Part shown: positions 28,098 to 38,794 of the stretch, piece after piece | Layout of the letters: each line of letters starts with the position of its first letter | Numbering within the stretch: position 1 is the stretch's first letter | Assembly: GCA_030141605.1 (NCBI GenBank) | Contig: JAQGDQ010001198.1 | Location: forward strand, 1 to 55,887 | DNA: 55,887 bases | DNA from: Tubiluchus corallicola | Lineage: Eukaryota > Animalia > Priapulida | Direction: 5' to 3' | Notes under the pieces: model-generated | Told to the model about the DNA's origin: nothing | Database searches by the model: none | The model's input: only the letters and a program-made list of their open reading frames with translations | Made by a program: the position numbers and the translations under genes

Positions 28098-28560
28098 TGT
28101 GCAAATAAGAACTTGGAGACTTCAACACTGTGCCATAATGTTTTTTAGCAGTATATGATGTTGGACAATGTCAAAAGTTGTTGTAAGACCAAGAAATATG
28201 CCACAGGTGATAAGAAGAAGTAAAGAAGTTTAAGAGTCTAGAGTAAATGGCTGATTCAAAGATTTTTCTTATAGGAGACAGTAAAGATATAGGTCTATAG
28301 CTAGTAGGTTAGTATGGGTCATTTCCTTTATAGATCGGTGTAATTTTGGCCAACTTTAATGTATCTGGAAAGGTTCCCTGAATTACTGACATACTTATTA
28401 GTTCGACTAGTACAGGGGAAATAATTTTTTTTGCTTAGTTTGTAATATTTAGCTGGGACATTATCAGGTCCTGATTTGGATACATTCAGCTTAGAGGCCA
28501 GTGAGGAAACCTCGTGCTCTAAAACAGTGTTTATAGCGATGCTTCTCGAATTAGGTTGCC
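28095..28560 (-). mobile_element. Decayed non-LTR retrotransposon (CR1/L2-like) reverse transcriptase fragment
   Basis: Across frameshifts the minus strand reads KSGPDNVPAKYYK, GTFPDTLKLAKITPIYKG, SYRPISLLSPIRKIFE and GIFLGLTTTFDIVQHHILL, which are typical LINE RT N-terminal motifs. Confidence 0.85.
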
Positions 28561-28725
28561 CCATATAATATTATTAATAATAAACGTTTTATTTCACAAA
28601 CGTAAACACAAATACAATTTACGAATCACACACTTAAATAAACAACGCATACAGGAACACGTCCCTACAAATACAGGACTCTTTTTAAGCGAAGTTGATT
28701 AAAAAATACATCTACACACACACAC

Positions 28726-28758
<33 letters not shown>

Positions 28759-29097
28759 CACACACATACACACATATATTGGGCTTTTACTTTGTATTTT
28801 CCTTTGCATGCACATTAATATGATTTAATTTATTAGAGTATTGTTTATACAGATTTCTTTTTAATAGTGGATTGGAAAGTTTGTGAGTTCTGTGTATGTT
28901 TCTACGGGTTTTTACAGACTTCAATATTCCACGTGAAACCCATGGGTTAAAAAATGATATTTTTTCTTTCTAGATTGCATTTTTCATTTGCATGTTTATT
29001 TAAGATGGTTACAAATTTTTGAAAAAATGTGTTAAATGTTGATCTCCATTTTGTTTAGATAAATTTCATGTAAAGAAAGTTATATATATGTGTGTGC

Positions 29098-29129
<32 letters not shown>

Positions 29130-29501
29130 GTGTGTGTGTGTGTGTGGTATATTTGGTCAATTAGTGCCTCAGGTAAACGAAAAAGGGAGGTGCTGTTTGC
29201 ATTATACCTTTAGACCTACAGACACCAGCTGTATATAGGCTAACAAATACAGGTAAACCTACAGGTATAACAGGAATGAATCACAGCAAAAAAATCACGC
29301 ATGCGCTCTAAACACCTGAAGTCTCTTAACTCTAGGCTTACTGTGCACGAAAGTAGGCTACTGTAAGTGTATTCATTAAGGTTTAACACACACCATAATT
29401 TATGCACTGCGAAGAGAGAAACCCTTCAGAAATCTTGAATTTGTATTTTTGTTACTAACTTGATTCGGTAGTGAACTTGTGTTCTCTTAACTCTAGCCAT
29501 A

Positions 29502-29541
29502 ATGGATCTTATACAGGAATTTTTTGTGACTGTGCTGTTGG
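29502..29541 (+). CDS. Short pentraxin, coding exon 1 (signal peptide)
   Basis: ATG...MDLIQEFFVTVLL plus G|gtaagt (phase 1); joins as G|CT to give LLASATA, a plausible signal-peptide cleavage site. Probable acceptor at 29496 and upstream non-coding donor at 29363. Confidence 0.75.
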
Positions 29542-29585
29542 GTAAGTGTTGTAGTGTGTTATACCAACATTCTTACTTCAGTTAC

Positions 29586-30858
29586 CTGTACTATTGTGCA
29601 TCAGGGTTATCTGGCTTCAGTCTGTACTATTGTGTATCAGGGTTATCTGGCTTCAGTCTGCACTATTTTGCATCAGGGTTATCTGGCTTCAGTCTGCACT
29701 ATTGTGCATCAGGGTTATCTGGCTTCAGTCTGCACTATTGTGCATCAGGGTTATCTGGATTCAGTCTGTACTATTGTGCATCAAGGTTATATGGCTTCAG
29801 TCTGTACTATTGTGCATCAGGGTTATCTGGCTTTAGTCTGCACTATTGTGCATCAGGGTTATATGGCTTCAGTCTGTACTATTTTGCATCGGGTTATCTG
29901 GCTTCAGTCTGTACTATTGTGCATCAGGGTTATCTGGCTCCAGTCTGTACTATTGTGCATCAGGGTTACATGGCCTCAGTCTGTACTATTGTGCATCAGG
30001 GTTATATGGCTTGAGTCTGTACTGTTGTGCATCAGGGTTATATGGCTTCAGTCTGTACTATTGTGCATCAGGGTTATATGGCTTCAGTCTGTACTATTGT
30101 GCATCAGGGTTACATGGCCTCAGTCTGTACTATTGTGCATCAGGGTTATATGGCTTGAGTCTGTACTATTGTGCATCAGGGTTATATGGCTTCAGTCTGT
30201 ACTATTGTGCATCAGGGTTACATGGCCTCAGTCTGTACTATTGTGCATCAGGGTTATATGGCTTGAGTCTGTACTATTGTGCATCAGGGTTATATGGCTT
30301 CAGTCTGTACTATTGTGCATCAGGGTTACATGGCCTCAGTCTGTACTATTGTGCATCAGGGTTATATGGCTTGAGTCTGTACTATTGTGCATCAGGGTTA
30401 TATGGCTTCAGTCTGTACTATTGTGCATCAGGGTTACATGGCCTCAGTCTGTACTATTGTGCATCAGGGTTATATGGCTTGAGTCTGTACTATTGTGCAT
30501 CAGGGTTATATGGCTTCAGTCTGTACTATTGTGCATCAGGGTTACATGGCCTCAGTCTGTACTATTGTGCATCAGGGTTATATGGCTTGAGTCTGTACTA
30601 TTGTGCATCAGGGTTATATGGCTTCAGTCTGTACTATTGTGCATCAGGGTTATATGGCTTCAGTCTGTACTATTGTGCATCAGGGTTATCTGGCTTTAGT
30701 CTGTACTATTGTGCATCAGGGTTATCTGGCTTTAGTCTGTACTATTGTGCATCAGGGTTATCTGGCTTCAGTCTGTACTATTGTGCATCAGGGTTATCTG
30801 GCTTCAGTCTGTACTATTGTGCATCAGGGTTATCTGGCTTCAGTCTGTACTATTTTGC
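29586..30858. repeat. 36-bp minisatellite, about 35 copies, in pentraxin intron 1
   Basis: ctattgtgcatcagggttat(c/a)tggcttcagtctgta repeated. Confidence 0.96.
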
Positions 30859-30910
30859 TATTTCAGTGTTCGTTTATATAAAATGCGCAATAGCTGGCGT
30901 ACAATATAAT

Positions 30911-31272
30911 GAGCCTTTTCACTGTTCCAGCGATTGATGACGATCGTGGAAGTGCCAAAGGTTAAGTGTATCAGACAACGCATTTGTGTACACTTGACAA
31001 CGCCTGGCAGCCCGAGCGATTGTAATAGTAACAGTCTTAATAGCTAGCTAAAACCTTTCCTAATTCATTTTTTCTTGTTTTCAAGCAAGGTCTTGCTATT
31101 TATTCACTAAGCACAGACTAATGCTTAATTAAGTAAAGTCCACGTAAAACAACTGAAGGCACTGAACTGATGTTTTGCATTACCCATATGTCACGTGACG
31201 ATTGTAGTTAAGACGCGTTGCTGTGGTACGCTTAACCTTTGACCCACAGCAACTGCGCGTGCGCACAACGAA
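30911..31272 (+). mobile_element. Dispersed repeat family F, intron 1 copy
   Basis: Reverse complement of 34079-34404 and of 33545-33690; class not determined. Confidence 0.7.
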
Positions 31273-31630
31273 CACATGAAAAGGCTTATTACGTTTCTGT
31301 GTATTGTACAGTATAAATCAAATACTGAGATTGATTGCGTAATTCTAAAATTTGACAGCAAACTCTATAGTCTTCGTGAAAAATCAGTGACGTTTCAGCT
31401 ACCTTGCTTTTGCCATCTTCAAATGACCATAAAACCACTCAGTTGTGGACACTTGAAATTTTGAATGGGAACAGGACCCATTTTTAAACTATAATTACGT
31501 AAATGAAAAATAAGGTAATGTATAAATTATTGAAAGAGAATAAGTTTACGATTATATTTAAGAAATACTTGCGTAAAAGAATTATTAGCAGGGCAGTTAA
31601 GTTTCACGTTCGCGCCTCTATTTAGCCATT

Positions 31631-32082
31631 TACTAGTTAGACTGACAACTATTTCAATCTGCGTCAGAACGTCACATCAATTTTAATTAAAATTGATTGT
31701 GTTTTTTAGAGGTTTTACACGTCAAATGTAGACACAGGAAAGTTCAAATGTGACTTAGGTAAGTCAAATGTAGTAGACATCGGAAAGTTCAAATGTGACT
31801 TAGATAAGTCAAATGTAGTAGACATAGAAAAGTTCAAATGTGACTTAGATAAGTCAAATGTAGTAGACATAGGACATTTGACTTGACATGTGTCTCCAAT
31901 TGACTTACCAAAAAGGCTTAAGATTTGTTGAAAACCATTGTTAACACATTTGAACTACCTAAGTCTACATGTGACTTAACGTAGGTCTACATTTGACGTG
32001 TAAAACCTATAAAAAGCACAACCAATTTATTGATGAGACGTTCTGACGCATGATTGAAATAGTTGTGTCAGTCTAACTAGTA
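31631..32082. mobile_element. Hairpin MITE with about 55-bp arms, hosting a family B MITE
   Basis: tactagttagactgacaactatttcaatc-tgcgtcagaacgtc versus gacgttctgacgcatgattgaaatagttgtgtcagtctaactagta. Confidence 0.75.
31709..32009. mobile_element. Family B foldback MITE (nested)
   Basis: aggttttacacgtcaaatgtagac ... gtctacatttgacgtgtaaaaccta. Confidence 0.85.
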
Positions 32083-32150
32083 AAGCACACATTTGTCGGC
32101 TACACAAGTTTGGTGTAGTTGCAGCAATTCATAGCTTTGACTGAAAGGTC

Positions 32151-32525
32151 ACAGTAACTATTTCTTTAGGATTATGCTATTTTCAGCTTCAGCAACTGCC
32201 CACAACTGCTATGACAGTAACTATTTCTTTAGGATTATGCTATTTTCAGCTTCAGCAACTGCCCACAATTGCTATGACAGTAACTATTTCTTTAGGATTA
32301 TGCCATTTTCAGCTTCAGCAACTGCCCACAATTGCTATGACAGTAACTATTTCTTCAGGAGTATGCCATTTTCAGCTTCAGCAACTGCCCACAATTGCTA
32401 TGACAGTAACTATTTCTTCAGGATTATACCATTTTCAGCTTCAGCAACTGCCCACAATTGCTATGACAGTAACTATTTCTTCAGGATTATGCTATTTTCA
32501 GCTTCAGCAACCGCCCACAACTGCT
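32151..32525 (+). repeat. 63-bp tandem repeat, 6 copies, spanning the intron 1/exon 2 junction
   Basis: attttcag|cttcagcaac at exon starts 32187, 32250, 32313, 32376, 32439 and 32502. Confidence 0.95.
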
Positions 32526-32763
32526 GTCAGTCTCAATATTTCGAGTTACTCACCACCGGAAATCAAGTGTCCGATTACTACATCGGATACGATGCTCTGC
32601 CAACAATGACGGCCATCACCACCTGCGCTTGGATCAGAACTACAGCTAGAACACCTACAATGACCATCATCTCGTACGCAATATCTGATGAGGTGGACAA
32701 CGAATTGTGGATGGGTTTGGAGTTTGGATCAGGGTTAACATGGCATTTCGGAAAAGCATACGG
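32502..32763 (+). CDS. Short pentraxin, coding exon 2 (start may be as far upstream as 32187)
   Basis: LPTMTAITTCAWIRT...TIISYA...DNEL matches the N-terminal half of the pentraxin domain; donor GG|gtaagc, phase 2. Confidence 0.9.
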
Positions 32764-33119
32764 GTAAGCGTCATTTGACAATTACTTTAGCTTCTGTGTA
32801 ACCAACTAGCCGTTACTGTAACGTAGTCACGTTGCTATTAGTCTGCCTCCCCCCCCCCATTCCACCTGCTTAGTGAAGAACAAGTGTAACTTCCTGCCCA
32901 ACCTGCGAATTTCGTTGTCCGTATATTACTATGCTTATTGTTAGTTACAATAATCATTATGTCTTGTTACATTAATATTTGAATTTTTAATTTAACTTTT
33001 TAGTTCACACTCAATGTGTTTAGAATAACACATACAATCAATTACAAATTATAAACACTATTTACATACATACACGAAAAATATTATTCCATCTATAACC
33101 TAATTCCCTACCATATAAA

Positions 33120-33430
33120 CAGGCTGCATAAGATTATGGATATCCATAAAATAAGACCAAAAATCCTTAAAATAAAATTTGAAAAATCCATAAAATAGGA
33201 AATGCATAAAATAATTTTTTTGTGATTTTTTTTTGTACAAAATAAGGCAATCAAAACTGAATACAGGCATTGGATCGGAAACTTCAGCCTAGAGGGCATT
33301 CTACATTCGTACCAAATAGATGAATTATTTGAACTGAAGTGATGAATTTACAAGGCATTGTCTCGTAAAAGTTGATTAAATTTGAAGTGATATGAAACCG
33401 ATAAAATTAAAACGAAACCGATAAAATTAA
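33120..33430 (-). mobile_element. Truncated copy of hAT-like MITE family E in pentraxin intron 2
   Basis: Begins caggctgcataagattatggatat; reverse complement of about 42185-42494. Confidence 0.82.
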
Positions 33431-33544
33431 TAATCGTGTATATAAGATTGATCGCTATTTAGCACGTATACTTGACGTGTGCTTAATATCACTGTCACAC
33501 AGCTGATTCGGTGCAGCAACCCCACGTGGCGCCACTGTGTAGGT

Positions 33545-33690
33545 GAAAGGTTAAGCGTACCACAGCAACGCGTCTTAGCTACAACCGTCACGTGACATGT
33601 GGATAAAGTGTACACAAATGTGTTATCTGGTCTGCTTAACCTTTGACCTTTTAACGATCCTCGTCAATCGCTGGAACTGTGAATAGCCTT
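33545..33690 (-). mobile_element. Family F, internally deleted copy in intron 2
   Basis: ggttaagcgtaccacagcaacgcgtc ... gtgtacacaaatg ... cgatcctcgtcaatcgctggaac is inverted relative to 30911-31245. Confidence 0.65.
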
Positions 33691-33845
33691 ATTAAATGTT
33701 GACAATTAATGGCCATAATTCTAAGACTACACCTGGTGCTGTGACTACAACATTTAGCTTTCAATTTAGACCTATTAGCTACATTCTACTAAATTCAAAC
33801 GCCTCAGATATAACCTTTGAGTGCAATAGCTTTGTATTATTTCAG

Positions 33846-33993
33846 ATTCATGTTAAATGTACCAGTTCGCGACGGGAGGTGGCACCACATGTGCGGAACT
33901 TGGCAGAGCTACACGGGACAGTGGGCCATCTATGTGGACGGAAATGAAGCCGGAAGTGGGACAAGTGCTATGTCTCTTGGTTACAAAATTTCG
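33846..33993 (+). CDS. Short pentraxin, coding exon 3
   Basis: Acceptor ttatttcag|; DGRWHHMCGTWQSYTGQWAIYVDG contains the HxCx(S/T)W pentraxin signature; donor TCG|gtaaca, phase 0. Confidence 0.93.
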
Positions 33994-34078
33994 GTAACAT
34001 TATTTACAAAGTGATTTGGCTAGACGAACGTGGTTTGTATGCTTATTTGTATTTTACTTAAATAAGCCTTGTCTTAGT

Positions 34079-34404
34079 TTCGTTGTGCGCACGCGCAGTT
34101 GTTGTAGGTCAAGTGTACCACACAAACGCGTCTTAACAACACTCGTCACGTGACATTTGGGTAACGCAAAACATTTTTTTCAGTAACTTCAGTTGTTTTA
34201 CCTTGACTTAATTATGCAAGTGTACTGGCAGGATCTTGCTTGAGAACAAGAAAAAATGAACTAGATAAGGCTCTGGCTAGTTGTTAAAGCTGTTACTGTT
34301 AGAATAGCATGGGCTGCGAGGCGTTGTCAAGTGTACACAAATGCGTTGTCTGGTACGCTTAACCTTTGACCTTTTAACGATCATCATTAATCGTGTGAAA
34401 AGGC
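34079..34404 (-). mobile_element. Family F, intron 3 copy
   Basis: Reverse complement of 30911-31272. Confidence 0.7.
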
Positions 34405-34713
34405 ATATTGTCCTGGTGGGGAGGGAACTGATTGTCTAAATACTTGATCACGTAACTTGACTAATTGTTCAAATTGATGCACGATAATCAGGTTTTGTTA
34501 ATACAAAAATATGATACGATTCATGAATTCTGCGCTAGAGACCTAAGAAGCTAGCTTATGGTAGGCCACTAGAATTAGTTACGAAAAAATTACAATATAT
34601 ACAGATACAATATTACCATATATACAAATATAAATACGGGTGGGAAGTAATAAAAGTATTATTATACTGTACAAGTTTTTGAAAATAACAAACAACAAAT
34701 CATGATTTAGTGA

Positions 34714-35180
34714 TCAGTTATATGTTTCAAGTAAGTTTAATTTATAATTTTTTTTAAATATGGACAGCGAGTTGGCATTTTTAATAGCTGGAACAATTGA
34801 ATTCCATGTGTAAGGGCCATTGTATTTAATAGAAAGTTTTCTAACATTAGTGTTGCACTGTATGTAGTGAAAGTTCAGTCTATAACGTGTGCCGTAATTA
34901 TGTATCTCAGTATTCAAACAAAAATAATCAGTAAATAAGGGAGGCAATAATTTATGAGAGAATTTGTACATGAAAATGGCAGTTTGGAATTTATTAATGC
35001 CGTAAATGTTTAGAAAGTTTAGTCTTTTAAATATTGGTTGTGTTTGGTCCTGATAACCGGCAAATGTTATAGCTCGCACTATTTTCTTCTGAATCAGATG
35101 AATTTTTTTCAATCGACTGGAGTATGTGCTTCCCCAAATAATGTTTGAGTTATTTAGATATGGTAAAAAAAGAGAATTCT
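34714..35180 (-). mobile_element. 5'-truncated non-LTR retrotransposon (CR1/L2 group) ORF2 C-terminus in intron 3
   Basis: SLFLPYLN..IIWGST..LIQKKIVRAI..HNYGTR..KYNGPYTWN..FKKNYK, a typical post-RT tail, still stop-free; 3' UTR probably extends toward about 34440. Confidence 0.88.
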
Positions 35181-35224
35181 TTACATTTTGCTTACTAGAA
35201 TGAATGTTGTACGTTTTGCTACAG

Positions 35225-35524
35225 GGCGGAGGAACACTTGTCATTGGCCAAGATCAAGACAGTTTGGGAGGCGAGTTCGACTCAGAGCAGTGCTTTGTTG
35301 GAGCTCTCACTGATGTGAACATCTTCAATAGAGTGCTTACTCCCCACGAGCTCCGCATTCTGTCGACAGGATGCTCTGCTGACCAAGGAAATGTATTCAG
35401 ATGGGACGACGTAAGAGGTGGTTTGCGCGGAGATATACAGGTGCTGCCATCTAGCTTACGTTTTTCCAGGTGTAGCGGACCCAATGGCAACCAACGGAGG
35501 TTGTTTGAGGCCATAAACCTGTAA
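35225..35524 (+). CDS. Short pentraxin, coding exon 4 (last)
   Basis: Acceptor ttttgctacag|; GGGTLVIGQDQDSLGGEFDSEQCFVGALTDVNIFNRVL...GNVFRW; stop TAA; AATAAA at 35620-35625. Exon lengths 40+262+148+300 = 750 nt, i.e. 249 aa plus stop. Confidence 0.95.
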   Translation, partial: GGGTLVIGQDQDSLGGEFDSEQCFVGALTDVNIFNRVLTPHELRILSTGCSADQGNVFRWDDVRGGLRGDIQVLPSSLRFSRCSGPNGNQRRLFEAINL

Positions 35525-36124
35525 GATTCAAAACGAATGTGAATTTTCCATTTTCTAAGAACTTTGTTTGTAAGGTGTTGACAGACTATGAACTTTTTCC
35601 AGTCAACTCACTGCTGTCTAATAAAAATCGTACGTGTGGCATCTTCACAATGTTTTTTGAGAAAGTTCACGACTTTTGCTAGGTCATTAGAACATTAAAA
35701 TTGACACGATATCACTGTTGTCAGCCATTCTGAGCTACGAAATTGCAAATTGGATTAGACCGTGTCCGAAAAATGCCACGAAAGAGGACAAACTTTGTGT
35801 GGGAGTTCACGGGACGTTTCCTCTTTTGCTGATTCTAATCTTGGTGACGTACTGATGATGGATCGAACGATGACCAACGCGACACCTTGGTGAATTTGAG
35901 TTGTTCAAGATGACTGTCAATACGCCCGCCAGAATTTAAAAACGACCACTTGGCTCAGATTGTGAAAATATAGTTATAGCTACTGTCTTAATCAGCAGAT
36001 CCAGGCAAACATTTTGATACCAATTTCACGACTGTACATTGATTCTGTGCTGAGATATTAGCATTTATATTTGAGGGAGTACCAAAATAAATTGGCTTTC
36101 GAAGTTGAAGAACAAATTTCTGCA

Positions 36125-36432
36125 AATTTGTGTAGCAAGGGTGCAAAGAATTGGTTGCTATGGGGTTAAGTTTGCATAGCAACGGTGCAAAGTGTCGGTT
36201 GCTATGGGGTTGAATTTGCATAGCAGCGATGCAAAGTATTGGTTGCAATGGGGTTGAATTTGCATTGCAACGATGCAAAGTATTGGTTGCAATGGGGTTG
36301 AATTTGCATAGCAACGATGCAAAGTGTTGGTTGCTATGGGCTTGAATTTGCATAGCAACGATGCAAAGTGTTGGTTGCTATGGGATTGAATTTGCATAGC
36401 AACGGTCCAAAGTGTTGGTTGCCATGGGGTTA
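36125..36432. repeat. 44-bp tandem repeat, about 7 copies
   Basis: gaatttgcatagcaacgatgcaaagtgttggttgctatggggtt repeated. Confidence 0.92.
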
Positions 36433-36904
36433 TATGGAAAGATAAATTAATTTAGTCAAAATTTGTTGAAAGTATCGATGATGGGCTTGTTCTAAAATAT
36501 TGCTTATTTTCACAAAATGTTTTCTTACCTGTATGAATTTTAATTACAGGTGTGTAATCACTATTATGATTCAGACTAGAGACATCAACAAAGTGCCTAT
36601 TTTTCTATTATCACAGTAAAGTTTCGTATCTTTTATTAGCTAATGATGCTATTCAATAAATAAAATTCATTTTTCGAAATCATAGTTTATTTATACACAG
36701 ATACAAGTAACAGCCCCTCTAAGCCAAGTAAAGAGAATGTGTTGTAAATGCCTACATAAATGTTAAATAAAATTTGAATATATTAATACATTTCACAGAT
36801 ACAGAGTTACACAAATAACAATATGGCTGACTCATGTTACACACACGACACGGCATTAGTTTAAATTTAACAAAACAAAGCTGACTGGCATATTTCATTA
36901 ATAC

Positions 36905-37098
36905 ATGTTATGTATTAATGCGCCAGACCGCATGGTCAATAAAGTAGTTCGGCAACACGCACAATGGCTTAGTAACATGATTTATATATTCATGCTCGTG
37001 GATTTGTATCTAGTAGAAATAATTAAATACACTAAGCCATTATGCGTGTTGCCGAACTACTTCACTGACCATTCGGTCTAGCGCATTAATACATAACA
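36905..37098. mobile_element. Hairpin (foldback) MITE-like inverted repeat with about 68-bp arms
   Basis: tgttatgtattaatgcgccagaccg...gcacaatggcttagt versus actaagccattatgcg...cggtctagcgcattaatacataaca. Confidence 0.75.
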
Positions 37099-37729
37099 AT
37101 ACAGACAACAATTTCAATTTTAATTATATTATGCAATTTTTATTCACCTATTTTGTTAAACAGAAATTTTAAAAGAATAATTATAACTACAAAAGAACTT
37201 GGAAAAAGATTCACAGATACCTAACGCAGACACACGAGTCAATCAATGATTTAAAATGAACAAAGCTGTCTTACACCAGTAGCAAAGATGTCAATGTCAT
37301 TTTCATTTGTAAAAGACGGACATTTTAATCATATTTTACCTTTACGGACAGACAAAGGTAGAGTAATTTTTTTTCTTTTACATTACTACTCAATACTATT
37401 CAGTAAAAATTGTGAATCTAATATTCTGTGTAAATTCGTTTAATATGGGAAATCTACATAAATTACGGCATTGTGATTAATTTCATCATCATTTTATTTT
37501 TACCAGTGTTTGTTTATTCTTTTTTTCACTTATGCTATTGTTGTTATGTATGCTTTTATAATTCTGCTTTTGTTATTGCTTTATTTTGTTAGTTTATTTG
37601 CATCCTGTGTCATCAATCTTTTTTGGGGTGAGTGAGTAGATGACCTACGGTCTTTCCTCGCCGCATCTCCACAGACAAAGTTATTTTTTGTAAAACGAAA
37701 ATTTGTGACACAAATTGGAGAAAAATAAA

Positions 37730-37858
37730 ATGTCTATGTCTATGTCTATGTCTATGTCTATGTCTATGTCTATGTCTATGTCTATGTCTATGTCTATGTC
37801 TATGTCTATGTCTATGTCTATGTCTATGTCTATGTCTATGTCTATGTCTATGTCTATG
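37730..37858. repeat. (TGTCTA)n hexanucleotide microsatellite
   Basis: Direct reading. Confidence 0.96.
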
Positions 37859-37892
37859 GATGAATGTGATACATGTTTGTAGCGCTTTAATC

Positions 37893-38731
37893 TGCTGTGT
37901 AACAGTGTTGCCATGTGACTTAGGTAATAATGATTGCCGTGAGACCGTGTTGCCATGTGACTTAGGTAATAATGATTGCCGTGAGACCGTGTTGCCATGT
38001 GACTTAGGTAATAATGATTGCCGTGTGACCGTGTTGCCATGTGGCTTAGGTAATAATGATTGCTGTGTGACAGTGTTGCCATGTGACTTAGGTAATAATG
38101 ATTGCTGTGTGACAGTGTTGCCATGTGACTTAGGTAATAATGATTGCTGTGTGACTGTGTTGCCATGTGACTTAGGTAATAATGATTGCTGTGTGACTGT
38201 GTTGCCATGTGACTTAGGTAATAATGATTGCTGTGTGACAGTGTTGCCATGTGACTTAGGTAATAATGATTGCTGTGTGACTGTGTTGCCATGTGACTTA
38301 GGTAATAATGATTGCCGTGTGACAGTGTTGCCATGTGACTTAGGTAATAATGATTGCTGTGTGACAGTGTTGCCATGTGACTTAGGTAATAATGATTGCT
38401 GTGTGACAGTGTTGCCATGTGACTTAGGTAATAATGATTGCCGTGTGACCGTGTTGCCATGTGACTTAGGTAATAATGATTGCTGTGTGACAGTGTTGCC
38501 ATGTGACTTAGGTAATAATGATTGCCGTGTGACCGTGTTGCCATGTGACTTAGGTAATAATGATTGCCGTGTGACCGTGTTGCCATGTGGCTTAGGTAAT
38601 AATGATTGCTGTGTAACAGTGTTGCCATGTGACTTAGGTAATAATGATTGCTGTGTAACAGTGTTGCCATGTGACTTAGGTAATAATGATAGCTGTGTGA
38701 CTGTGTTGCCATGTGACTTAGGTAATAATGA
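37893..38731. repeat. 42-bp minisatellite, 20 copies
   Basis: gtgttgccatgtg(a/g)cttaggtaataatga; first AG ends 37923, last 38721 (19 x 42). Confidence 0.96.
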
Positions 38732-38794
38732 CCTGCGTTGCATCAGCAGAACATCATTTGAGGACGTTGACTATCAGCCCAACGGCTAAACTTG

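Noticed and set aside
29554-30937. Long ORFs with repeated YYCAS, resembling immunoglobulin or TCR V-region ends
   Set aside because: Translation of a 36-bp intronic minisatellite that is open in several frames; no Ig fold or recombination signals.
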